From Bordetella parapertussis (GTDB lineage: Bacteria; Pseudomonadota; Gammaproteobacteria; Burkholderiales; SG8-41), in the NCBI GenBank assembly GCA_945906935.1, contig CAMDSO010000001.1, forward strand, positions 67,596-131,595: 64,000 nucleotides of DNA, in the 5' to 3' direction. Positions within the stretch are counted from its first letter, which is position 1, and each line of letters begins with the position of its first letter. The position numbers were made by a program, and so were the translations under genes. Below, piece by piece: positions 20,345-29,468 of this stretch. A model generated the notes under the pieces. That model did no database searches, was not told the DNA's origin, and saw nothing but the letters and a program-made list of their open reading frames with translations.

Positions 20345-21213
20345 ACAAAGTGGTTGTCCGTCTATCGGGCGGACTTGGCAATCAAATGTTCCAGTATGCT
20401 GCCGCACGTTCAGTAGCTCTTCGTGAAGATGTTCCGCTGCATCTAGATCTATCTTGGTTTGGAACGGATCCAGCGCGTCAGTTTGCCTTGTCGCATTTCA
20501 ATATTGAAGCGTCTACATCAGCGGATACGCCGGTTTCCAAAAACAGTCTGCTCGCGCGGATTGGGCGGCGGATCAAGCGTAGCGTAGGGATGCCGGAATA
20601 TGGATTGCGGGTATTCACCGAAAAATCGTTTCGATACGACCCTGCCATTCAAAACGCGCACGCCCCGGTCTATCTAGATGGCCATTTTCAAAGCGAAAAA
20701 TACTTCTTACCGATGCATCAACAGATTTCTTCGGACTTTACGATTCGGAACGAGCCCCATCAGAATACAAAAGATATTCTCTCCAAAATTAAAGCGACTG
20801 ATTCGATTTGCATACATATACGTCGGGGGGACTACGTTAGCAATCCCCAGACTAATGCGTATCATGGAACCTGCTCCTTTGACTACTATCACGCCGGATT
20901 AGATATCGTCTGTCGAGGGTTAAAACGCCCACATTGCTTTCTATTCTCTGATGAGCCCACTTGGGTACGCGATAATTTTCACTTAGATCTGCCCGTTACA
21001 GTGGTCGATATTCATAGTGCGCAAGAAGCACATGAGGATCTACGATTGATGTCCGCATGTCGGCGGTTTGTGATAGCCAATAGCTCATTAAGCTGGTGGG
21101 GAGCATGGCTTGCCTCCGGGAGTGACAAATATGTGGTTGCTCCAAAGCGCTGGTTTAATGGCGGTCGCCACGACACCTGCGATCTAATCCCCCACGGCTG
21201 GGTGCAGGTTTAA
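20341..21213 (+). CDS. GT11 family alpha-1,2-fucosyltransferase-like glycosyltransferase
   Basis: GGLGNQMFQYAAA and HIRRGDYV are the two signature GT11 motifs. The start is in an ATGA overlap with the upstream stop. Confidence 0.85.
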   Translation: MNKVVVRLSGGLGNQMFQYAAARSVALREDVPLHLDLSWFGTDPARQFALSHFNIEASTSADTPVSKNSLLARIGRRIKRSVGMPEYGLRVFTEKSFRYDPAIQNAHAPVYLDGHFQSEKYFLPMHQQISSDFTIRNEPHQNTKDILSKIKATDSICIHIRRGDYVSNPQTNAYHGTCSFDYYHAGLDIVCRGLKRPHCFLFSDEPTWVRDNFHLDLPVTVVDIHSAQEAHEDLRLMSACRRFVIANSSLSWWGAWLASGSDKYVVAPKRWFNGGRHDTCDLIPHGWVQV

Positions 21214-21709
21214 GAATGACCACTGTCGTTATTATTAAGACTTACGTATTTTATAATATCTCCAGCAAGCAGCAAAAAACGAAGAGCGCTTTTGAGCGCC
21301 CCAAGGGGCGTTGCACATGACCGTGCACGGTTCGCTCAAGCCATTAGGGCAAGCAGTCGGCAAGTGCGTCGTTCTTAAGCCATACTTGTTGCCAAATCCA
21401 TCTTCAGTTGGACTACGCAGCAGCGTTGGTCGTACTGGCACCAATTGCCGCTCATCAAGCTTAGCTAAACGCCCTAGCCCTTTGAATGCTTGCGGGGTAT
21501 CAATGCAGTCTTCATCTTGCAGACTGTTCCCCGGGCGAGCATGCGCCACGCCGTCAATCGACACTTTGTTGCTTTACACAGCTACTATTGCATAGCGAAA
21601 AATTCGCCAACATAATCAATGCGGAAACAATTCTTCAGATGCTCAAAAGTCGTCATTTCTTACGCAACTATTAATAAGATGGCATGCCCCTTCGCTAAAA
21701 TCTGACCCT

Positions 21710-22510
21710 ATGGTGACATTTTCCGTAATTCTTTGTGTGAACAGAACTAACCCCTGGCTTGCTGCCGCGATCAAAAGTGTCAGGGAACAGGATGATCCTA
21801 ACTTTGAATTTCTAATTGCCGCAAATTCCTGCACCGATTCACTCTGGGAGGAACTAGGGTTTCTCGTTAAGGGAGATAACAGGGTCCGCCTGTATCGGAC
21901 CAGCATTGGTCAACTAGCCTTTAACCTAAACTTTCTGGCAGACAAGGCGACGGGGGATTACCTTATTCGAATGGATGCCGATGATATTTGCGAACTTCAC
22001 AGACTTCGAACTCTGCGCAGCGCCCTGTCAACGGACCCCGTCGATGTTCTTGGCTCGGCCGTAGTTCTCATTGACGAACAGGACAAGATAACCGGACGCA
22101 TGAATTTTCCACTGATGGAGGAAGACGTCCTACGAGCACTCGTCACTCGAACGGCCTTCTGCCACCCAGCAGTCGCCATACGCAGGCAGTTCTTACTCGA
22201 TATCCGCGGCTACCTCGGTGGATTTTTGTCGGAAGACACTGATTTATGGCTGCGGATGCGGCGAGCAGGCGGACATTTTCGCAATCTTCCTGAGCCTTTG
22301 CTGCGTTACCGTATTCATGCCCAACAGTCGACGAGTGCGCGAGTCGGCTATGCTGAGGTAGCATCCCATTGGCTACGTGAATTTTTGCTAAACCCGAGCC
22401 TATATACGCTCCGGGGATTGGGTTTGGCTCTAGTCAAATGCATTGCCGCACCATGGCTTCCACGGAGCCGAAGCTACCAGGCGAATCAAAAGTCAGTGCG
22501 CGACATTTGA
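21710..22510 (+). CDS. GT2 family glycosyltransferase
   Basis: Motifs include FSVILCVNRTNPWLAAAIKSV and DYLIRMDADD. Confidence 0.8.
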   Translation: MVTFSVILCVNRTNPWLAAAIKSVREQDDPNFEFLIAANSCTDSLWEELGFLVKGDNRVRLYRTSIGQLAFNLNFLADKATGDYLIRMDADDICELHRLRTLRSALSTDPVDVLGSAVVLIDEQDKITGRMNFPLMEEDVLRALVTRTAFCHPAVAIRRQFLLDIRGYLGGFLSEDTDLWLRMRRAGGHFRNLPEPLLRYRIHAQQSTSARVGYAEVASHWLREFLLNPSLYTLRGLGLALVKCIAAPWLPRSRSYQANQKSVRDI

Positions 22511-22538
22511 TACCGCGCACCTTCGCCAAAAAATTCCG

Positions 22539-23681
22539 ATGAAAAACCCCGTAACTCCCCGAAAAATCCTGTATTTCTCCCCCGTTGACTGGGCTTTTTG
22601 CATTCATCATTTGGCAGTCGCTCGCGCCGCCCGCGAAGCCGGCCATGACGTTGTGGTAGTGACGCGGGTGGTCGAACATGCCGATCCAATTCTTGCTGCC
22701 GGACTTCGTTTGATTCCGCTGGAAATATCCCGGGACGGCATAGCGCCATTGCGGGAACTTCGTACCTTGTTTCGGCTATACAAAATATACCGAAAGGAAC
22801 GTCCGGATTTAGCCCATCATTTCGCAATCAAGCCAATGCTCTACGGATCCATTGCATCATCCCTTGCAAGGGTGCCGGCGACCATCAATGGACTTATTGG
22901 TTTGGGCTTTGTTTTCACTTCTAAGCGCCTGTTGGCACGACTGCTGCGGCCGGTAGTGATATTTGCAATGCGAATTTTTCTCAACCGGCAGAATAGCCGC
23001 ATGACTTTTCAAAACTCGGATGATTTGCGAATGCTCACGGCCGGACGAATTGTAGACCCCGCAAAAGCACGCCTGATCCTGGGCTCGGGCGTCAATGTCG
23101 AGGCTTTTACACCGAGCGCCGAACCAGCCGGCGACGTAACGGTCGTCATGCCGGCACGCCTGCTGTGGGACAAAGGCGTTGATGAATTCGTCAGTGCGGC
23201 ACGCATTCTCAAAGCACGCGGCGTAGAGGCACGTTTCGCTCTTGTCGGCGACCGCGACGCTCAAAATCCGGCAACCGTCCCACAGGCTAGCCTCGACAAA
23301 TGGCGTGACGAGGGAACGGTCGAGCTGTGGGGATGGCGAAACGATATGGCCCAAGTCTATCGAGAATGCCATATTGTTTGCCTGCCGTCATACCGTGAAG
23401 GATTTCCCATGGTATTACTTGAAGCCGCCGCTTGTGGCCGCCCCCTAGTCAGTACAGATGTGGAAGGTTGCCGCGAGGCCGTCGCACATAATCGCAGCGG
23501 ATTGCTTGTGCCCGCACGGGACGCCACAGCCCTTGCCGAGGCACTAGCGGACCTCATCAAAAGTCCAGCCAAGCGTGCGGCCTTTGGGGCAAACGCTCGG
23601 GCAATCGTTGTAAAGGAGTTCTCCCTTCCGGTGGTCATTGATCGCACATTCGCGGTGTATCGGGAAGTTCTGCCGGCATGA
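22539..23681 (+). CDS. GT4 (GT-B) family glycosyltransferase
   Basis: Start chosen at MKNPVTPRKILYFSP. The C-terminal segment SYREGFPMVLLEAAACGRPLVSTDVEG is the EX7E region. Confidence 0.85.
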   Translation: MKNPVTPRKILYFSPVDWAFCIHHLAVARAAREAGHDVVVVTRVVEHADPILAAGLRLIPLEISRDGIAPLRELRTLFRLYKIYRKERPDLAHHFAIKPMLYGSIASSLARVPATINGLIGLGFVFTSKRLLARLLRPVVIFAMRIFLNRQNSRMTFQNSDDLRMLTAGRIVDPAKARLILGSGVNVEAFTPSAEPAGDVTVVMPARLLWDKGVDEFVSAARILKARGVEARFALVGDRDAQNPATVPQASLDKWRDEGTVELWGWRNDMAQVYRECHIVCLPSYREGFPMVLLEAAACGRPLVSTDVEGCREAVAHNRSGLLVPARDATALAEALADLIKSPAKRAAFGANARAIVVKEFSLPVVIDRTFAVYREVLPA

Positions 23682-23754
23682 ACAGCGGCATGTCCAAGCG
23701 CCGTCCGATGTTATGATAAGCCTTTACGTTTTTACGTTGTAACCAAAATCGTCG

Positions 23755-24750
23755 ATGTTGGCGTCTGTTACCTCAGTCGCAATTCCTGCGCTACTCGCAT
23801 TAGTCATGGCCGCACTCACCGTTGCAGGCCTGCTGCGCAGTCGCGCCGCCTCGCGGGTAATCGATCTGCCGAATCACCGCTCGCTGCACGTCGCGCCGAC
23901 CCCGCGGATCGGTGGTATTGGCATACTGACTGGCATAGCAGCCGGCTGCCTCTACGCAGGAAGCGCAACGAATATCCTTGTAACGGCCGGCCTTGTTTTA
24001 TTAATCGGCATTTCCATCCTTGACGACCTCTACAACCTCAGTGTGGTGTGGCGCATGCTGGCCCACCTGACCAGCGCCGGCCTCGCCGCAACAGCTTTTC
24101 TCTACGATGCGTACGGCGGCTGGGTGGTCGTCATCGCAACGCTGGCGATAACCTGGATGATCAACCTCTACAATTTCATGGATGGCTCAGATGGCCTGGC
24201 CGGAGGCATGGCGGTGTTTGGGTTTGGCAGTTACGGCATTGCCGCCTTTTGCATGCAGGACCTCGCCTTGGCAGCGGTCACCCTGTCGATCGCAGGCGCT
24301 GCGGCTGGGTTTCTCTTTTTTAACTTTCCGCCGGCGCGCGTCTTCATGGGCGACGCCGGCGCCATTCCCCTGGGCTTCCTCGCTGCGGTCTGCGGTATTG
24401 CGGGCTGGCAACGCGACACTTGGCCGTTATGGTTTGGTGTCGTGGTCTTTTCGCCTTTCATCGTCGACGCAACCTTAACACTGCTGCGACGCCTGGCCCG
24501 CGGCGCCAAAGTGTGGGAGGCGCACCGTGAACATTATTATCAGCGTCTGGTACAGACAGGCTGGGGCCACCGCAAAACATTATTGGCGGAATTCATGCTG
24601 ATGACTGTCGTCTGTAGCGCTGCCTTGGCAGGACTGCGACTCCCCACCGAGATGCAGGCAGTTTTAGTCGCTGGTATTTCAGCGCTATTTATCCTCCTGA
24701 TCACTCTTCTCGAACGCAAGCTCGGCGCCAACGCAACTCCCCATGTTTAA
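23755..24750 (+). CDS. Polyprenyl-phosphate HexNAc-1-phosphate transferase (WecA/WbpL, MraY-like family)
   Basis: Motifs include the NLYNFMDGSDGLAGG loop and FMGDAGAIPLGF. The protein is polytopic. Confidence 0.88.
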   Translation: MLASVTSVAIPALLALVMAALTVAGLLRSRAASRVIDLPNHRSLHVAPTPRIGGIGILTGIAAGCLYAGSATNILVTAGLVLLIGISILDDLYNLSVVWRMLAHLTSAGLAATAFLYDAYGGWVVVIATLAITWMINLYNFMDGSDGLAGGMAVFGFGSYGIAAFCMQDLALAAVTLSIAGAAAGFLFFNFPPARVFMGDAGAIPLGFLAAVCGIAGWQRDTWPLWFGVVVFSPFIVDATLTLLRRLARGAKVWEAHREHYYQRLVQTGWGHRKTLLAEFMLMTVVCSAALAGLRLPTEMQAVLVAGISALFILLITLLERKLGANATPHV

Positions 24751-26560
24751 TATCCACCCGCGCACAGCGATGGCTTTCGCACACGATGTGGTAGCGGCAA
24801 TCCTCGCGTGGGTAATCGCGTTCTGGCTGCGCTTCAATCTCGACATTCCATCGATCTTCGTAAGACCTTTGATCGAATCACTGTTGTGGGTGATTCCGCT
24901 GCAGGCGGTTGTATTCTGGCGCTTCGGTTTATACCGCGGCATCTGGCGTTTCGCCAGCCTGCCCGATCTAAAACGCATACTAATCGCCATCGGCATCACG
25001 ACACTGGCGATACCGGCCGCAGTCGTCATGCTGCAATTGCAAGTACCACGGTCGGTGATGGTGCTCGATCCGCTGCTGCTTGCCCTGATCATGGGGGGCA
25101 GCCGGGTCGCCTATCGCATGTGGAAAGAACGCAGCCTCCACACCCTGACAGACGGCGAACGCGAGCCCGTCATTGTCATTGGCGCCGAAGAGGCGACCGT
25201 CAGCCTGCTCAAAGACCTTGCGCGCAGCCCGCAATGGCGCGTCGCCGCCGTATTCGATGACGATCCGGCGAACATTGGCCGCCAGCTGCAAGGCGTGCCC
25301 ATCGTCGGACGCCTCGATGAACTGGCGGGCATGCGTGAGCGCCTGAGCGTTTATCACGCCATCATTGCCATGCCGGCGGCGACCCATACGGCGCGCCGGC
25401 GCGCGGTCGATATTTGTCGTACTGCAGGCCTCAAAGTGATGACGGTGCCTTCCTATGACGATCTGGTTAGCGGCAAAGTAACCGTATCCCAAATACGCCA
25501 CGTCGAACTCGACGATCTGCTCGGGCGCGACCCGGTCGTCCTTGATGCCAGCGGATTAACCGGCTGGATTGGTAATCGCACCGCGATGGTTACCGGCGCC
25601 GGCGGATCGATTGGTTCAGAGTTATGCCGTCAAATCGCACGTTTCAAACCCCGCCGCCTCATCCTGTTCGAAGCTAGCGAACTGGCACTCTACGCGCTCG
25701 AACAGGAGTTTCAACGCCAATTCCCCGGAATTCCCCTGACCTGCGCGATCGGCGACATCAAGGATGCGGCGCGCGTCCGACAAGTCATGGCGACTCACCG
25801 GCCCTCTGTGCTCTTCCACGCCGCCGCTTATAAGCATGTGCCGTTGATGGAAACCGACAATCCCTGGCAAGCGGTACGCAATAACGTTGCCGGAACACAC
25901 GTTGTCGCCAGTCTCGCCATCGAGCTTGGCGTGGAAAAATTCGTGCTCATATCAACCGACAAGGCGATTAATCCGACCAATGTCATGGGGGCAACGAAGC
26001 GCCTTGCAGAATTGGTCTGCCAAACTCTGCAACAGCCAACCGGCACGCGCTTTGTGATGGTGCGCTTCGGCAACGTGTTGGGCAGCACGGGCAGTGTGAT
26101 TCCAAAGTTCCGCGAACAGATTGCAGCCGGCGGGCCCATCACCGTCACCCACCCTGAAATCCGCCGCTACTTCATGTCGATTCCGGAGGCCGCTCAACTG
26201 GTGATGCAGGCGGGGCTAATGGGACGAGGGGGTGAAATCTTCGTGCTCGACATGGGTGAACCCGTGCTCATCGTTGACCTTGCCCGTGACCTGATCCGGC
26301 TTTCGGGCTTCAGCGAAGGCGAAATCAAGATTGCATACACCGGCCTGCGCCCTGGCGAAAAACTATACGAAGAGTTACTCGCAGACAACGAAACCACGCT
26401 ACCGACACCACACCCGAAATTACGCATCGCACAAGCAACCCAGGCAGATACTGCATGGTTATCGCGCCTGCTGGCGTGGTTGTCCTCAGAACAGCCACAG
26501 AGCGACGATACTGTGCGAGACGCGCTCGAGCGCTGGGTTCCAGAGTACCGCAAGCCGTGA
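24743..26560 (+). CDS. Membrane-anchored UDP-HexNAc 4,6-dehydratase (WbpM/CapD/PglF family)
   Basis: It has N-terminal TM helices and a first Rossmann domain, then VTGAGGSIGSEL, STDKAINPTNVMGATKR and FGNVLGSTGSV. Confidence 0.9.
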   Translation: MFNIHPRTAMAFAHDVVAAILAWVIAFWLRFNLDIPSIFVRPLIESLLWVIPLQAVVFWRFGLYRGIWRFASLPDLKRILIAIGITTLAIPAAVVMLQLQVPRSVMVLDPLLLALIMGGSRVAYRMWKERSLHTLTDGEREPVIVIGAEEATVSLLKDLARSPQWRVAAVFDDDPANIGRQLQGVPIVGRLDELAGMRERLSVYHAIIAMPAATHTARRRAVDICRTAGLKVMTVPSYDDLVSGKVTVSQIRHVELDDLLGRDPVVLDASGLTGWIGNRTAMVTGAGGSIGSELCRQIARFKPRRLILFEASELALYALEQEFQRQFPGIPLTCAIGDIKDAARVRQVMATHRPSVLFHAAAYKHVPLMETDNPWQAVRNNVAGTHVVASLAIELGVEKFVLISTDKAINPTNVMGATKRLAELVCQTLQQPTGTRFVMVRFGNVLGSTGSVIPKFREQIAAGGPITVTHPEIRRYFMSIPEAAQLVMQAGLMGRGGEIFVLDMGEPVLIVDLARDLIRLSGFSEGEIKIAYTGLRPGEKLYEELLADNETTLPTPHPKLRIAQATQADTAWLSRLLAWLSSEQPQSDDTVRDALERWVPEYRKP

Positions 26561-26622
26561 TGAAAGCAGACATGGGATACACCCGCAATCAGTGCGACAT
26601 CCAACGAATTTAGAATTCGTCG

Positions 26623-27900
26623 ATGCGCCTCGATCATCTCTCACAAACATCAACGCGAGCCGCCCGTAGCTGCGCCATAGCGCTGGGCTTTTCAATACCG
26701 GTCTCGGTTGCGCTCGATAACCTGCTGCTCGCCGCCGTATTACTGTTGTGGCTGGCCAGCGGGCAATTTCGCGAAAAGCTCGTCGTCATCACGGATACGC
26801 CAGTCGTGAAGGCGGCACTGGGTCTTTTCATGCTGCTCGCAGCGGGCATCATGTGGAGTACGCATCCCGCAGAGGGCGCGCACATACTCGGCAAATACGC
26901 TGACCTTGCGTTTGTACCGATTTTCATCACCCTGTTTCGGGCCGAGGAAGACCGTCGCCGTGCCGGCCTGTTTTTGCTCGCAGCACTGCTGCTAACTTTG
27001 CTCTTATCCTACCTAAACTGGGCGGGCGCAGTGCAGCACCGCTATCTGGTGACAGACCCGGCCAACCAGCCAAACGTGTTCAAGCTCTATCTCACCCAAA
27101 GCATACTGATGGCATGCGGCGCGTATTGGTTGGCATTACTTGCAATTCACGCATGCTCGCTACGCTCGCGTTTACTTTGGACGACACTCGCCGCACTCGC
27201 CATCGTCAACGTAACGCTTATGCTGTCCGGTCGCAGCGGACAAATCATACTGGCGGCACTGGCGGTATACCTATGTTTTTCGGTATGGCGCTGGCGTGGC
27301 ATATTGCTAGCTACAGGATGCGGTCTAATCGGTGTAGCAGTTTTGATCTTTACCCTTGCCTCGCCAGAAAGCGGGTTTGCCGGCGGCAATATTGAACCGG
27401 CTTCAGGACAGCGGGACGGTCGTCTCAGTGCGGTTATCAAAGATTACAAAGTCTGGCAACAAGGCGGCGCATCGAACACCTCGACCGGCCAACGTCTTGA
27501 CTTTGCGACCAACAGTATCGCCATCGTATCAGCGCATCCCATTATCGGGGTTGGCACCGGCGGCTTCGCCGCTGCCTACGCACAGCAGGTCGATGGTTTG
27601 GGCATAGAGGCAACCGTTAACCCGCATAATGAATACCTGAATCTCGCCGTTCAGCTCGGCATTTTGGGCCTGCTGATGCCAGCGCTCTTGTTTCTGGTGG
27701 TATGGCAGCAGGCCAAGGGGTTGCCTGGCCCGCTGGAACGGGACCTCGCGCGTGGACTCGCCATCGCTTTTGCCGTGGGCTGCCTCTTTAATTCGATGTT
27801 GATGGATCATGTCGAGGGCTTGTTATTCGCCTGGTGCCTCGGCGTTTTGTTTGGTGGCTACATGCCGCCGCGAAAACCTGAAGTAATAACGACCACATGA
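26623..27900 (+). CDS. O-antigen ligase family protein (Wzy_C domain)
   Basis: It is polytopic with a large periplasmic loop and has NPHNEYLNLAVQLGILGL, a WaaL-type motif. Confidence 0.8.
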   Translation: MRLDHLSQTSTRAARSCAIALGFSIPVSVALDNLLLAAVLLLWLASGQFREKLVVITDTPVVKAALGLFMLLAAGIMWSTHPAEGAHILGKYADLAFVPIFITLFRAEEDRRRAGLFLLAALLLTLLLSYLNWAGAVQHRYLVTDPANQPNVFKLYLTQSILMACGAYWLALLAIHACSLRSRLLWTTLAALAIVNVTLMLSGRSGQIILAALAVYLCFSVWRWRGILLATGCGLIGVAVLIFTLASPESGFAGGNIEPASGQRDGRLSAVIKDYKVWQQGGASNTSTGQRLDFATNSIAIVSAHPIIGVGTGGFAAAYAQQVDGLGIEATVNPHNEYLNLAVQLGILGLLMPALLFLVVWQQAKGLPGPLERDLARGLAIAFAVGCLFNSMLMDHVEGLLFAWCLGVLFGGYMPPRKPEVITTT

Positions 27901-28658
27901 CCCTCTCCGTCATCATCATCACCAAAAACGAGGCGGACGTCATCGAACGCTGCCTGCGCTCGGTGGCCTGGGCCGACGAGATCATCGTCGTCGATGGCAA
28001 CAGCAGCGACGACACTGCGGCGCTGGCGCGCAGCCTCGGCGCGAAGGTCGACAACGCCCCCGACTGGCCCGGCTTCGGTCCGCAAAAAAATCGCGCCCTC
28101 GCGCTGGCGACTGGCGACTGGGTGCTGTCGCTTGATGCCGACGAATGGGTGACACCGGAACTGCGCGAGGAAATCGCGCAAGCCATCGCCGCCGCCGACC
28201 GCCTGCCAGCCTACCGCCTGCCGCGGCTGTCGAGTTATTGCGGCCGCACCATGCATCACTCGGGCTGGTGGCCCGATCATGTGACACGACTCTTTCAACG
28301 CGGCGTAGCGCGTTTTTCCGACGACCTCGTGCATGAAAAACTGCTGGTCGATGGCGTCACCGGATCACTGCGCCAACCCTTGCGTCACGAAGCAATCCGC
28401 GATCTCGACGATGCACTGGCCAAGATGACCGCCTACTCCACTGCGGGTGCGGCCATGATGCATGCACGCGGCAAATCGTCTTCGCTCACCTCGGCGATCC
28501 TGCACGGTCTGTGGACTTTTATCCGCACCTATGTGCTGCGCGCCGGCTTTCTCGACGGCCGCGAAGGCTTCATGCTGGCGGTCTCCAATGCCGAGGGCAC
28601 CTACTACCGCTATCTGAAACTGATGCGGCTTAATGAACGCCGGCCGCGGCCCAAGTAA
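27897..28658 (+). CDS. GT2 glycosyltransferase, LPS core type (WaaE/KdtX-like)
   Basis: Motifs include LSVIIITKNEADVIERCLRSVAWADEIIVVDGNSSDDT and SLDADE. Confidence 0.85.
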   Translation: MTLSVIIITKNEADVIERCLRSVAWADEIIVVDGNSSDDTAALARSLGAKVDNAPDWPGFGPQKNRALALATGDWVLSLDADEWVTPELREEIAQAIAAADRLPAYRLPRLSSYCGRTMHHSGWWPDHVTRLFQRGVARFSDDLVHEKLLVDGVTGSLRQPLRHEAIRDLDDALAKMTAYSTAGAAMMHARGKSSSLTSAILHGLWTFIRTYVLRAGFLDGREGFMLAVSNAEGTYYRYLKLMRLNERRPRPK

Positions 28659-29468
28659 GTGAAAACTGCGGTCATCGTCACCACCTATAACCGCCCCGAC
28701 GCACTGGCGGCGGTTCTAACCGGCTATCGCGCGCAAAGCAGCCAGGACTTCGAACTGCTGGTGGCCGACGACGGCTCGACGGAGGCTACCCGCACCGTCG
28801 TCGATGATTGCCGCCGGCACGCCGGCTTTGCCGTCCATCATGTGTGGCACGAAGACCAGGGCTTTCGCGCCGCCGCCATCCGCAATCGCGCAGTGGCGGC
28901 GAGCAGCGCCGATTACGTTATCTTCACCGACGGCGATTGCGTGCCGGCCGCTGATTTCGTCGCCCGTCATCAGCAGCTCGCCGAGCGCGGTTGGTTTGTC
29001 GCTGGCAACCGTATTTTGCTCGGTGCCGGATTCACCCTGCGAGCGCTGACCGCTGCACTGCCGCTACATACCTATGGCTCGCTCGAGTGGTTATCGGCGT
29101 GGCTACAGCGCGACGTCAACCGTCTGCTGCCTTTGCTACGTCTAGGCGACGGCCACTGGCGCCACTCGGCACCGCAGCGCTGGGCGGGCGTTAAAACCTG
29201 CAACCTCGCCGTCTGGCGCGATGATCTCGCCCACATCAATGGTCTCGATGAAGCGTACGCAGGCTGGGGCCTTGAGGACAGCGATCTCGTCATCCGGCTC
29301 TTGCATGCCGGCGTGCGACACAAGAACGGACGCTTCGCCACGCCCGTGTTTCATCTGTGGCACGCCGAAAACGATCGCAGCCGGCTGGCGGCAAACCAGC
29401 GGCGGCTCGAGGCGCTGTTGCAATCCGACCGCGTGCGTGCCGAACGCGGGCTCGATCAATACGCATGA
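28659..29468 (+). CDS. GT2 glycosyltransferase with a galactosyltransferase-like C-terminal region
   Basis: GTG start directly after the upstream stop. Motifs include AVIVTTYNRPDAL, LVADDGS, FTDGDC and GWGLEDSDL. Confidence 0.8.
   Translation: MKTAVIVTTYNRPDALAAVLTGYRAQSSQDFELLVADDGSTEATRTVVDDCRRHAGFAVHHVWHEDQGFRAAAIRNRAVAASSADYVIFTDGDCVPAADFVARHQQLAERGWFVAGNRILLGAGFTLRALTAALPLHTYGSLEWLSAWLQRDVNRLLPLLRLGDGHWRHSAPQRWAGVKTCNLAVWRDDLAHINGLDEAYAGWGLEDSDLVIRLLHAGVRHKNGRFATPVFHLWHAENDRSRLAANQRRLEALLQSDRVRAERGLDQYA

Noticed and set aside
9460-22500. Looked for mobile-element hallmarks (IS transposase, integrase, tRNA, flanking direct repeats) around the low-GC island
   Set aside because: None was recognisable by eye, so the region is not called a mobile element despite its atypical composition.
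28207-28218. Perfect ops-consensus match GGCGGTAGGCTG on the minus strand
   Set aside because: It lies antisense within a plus-strand GT2 coding region, with no minus-strand gene downstream for several kb. It is probably a chance occurrence in GC-rich DNA, though an antisense transcript could be checked by RNA-seq.
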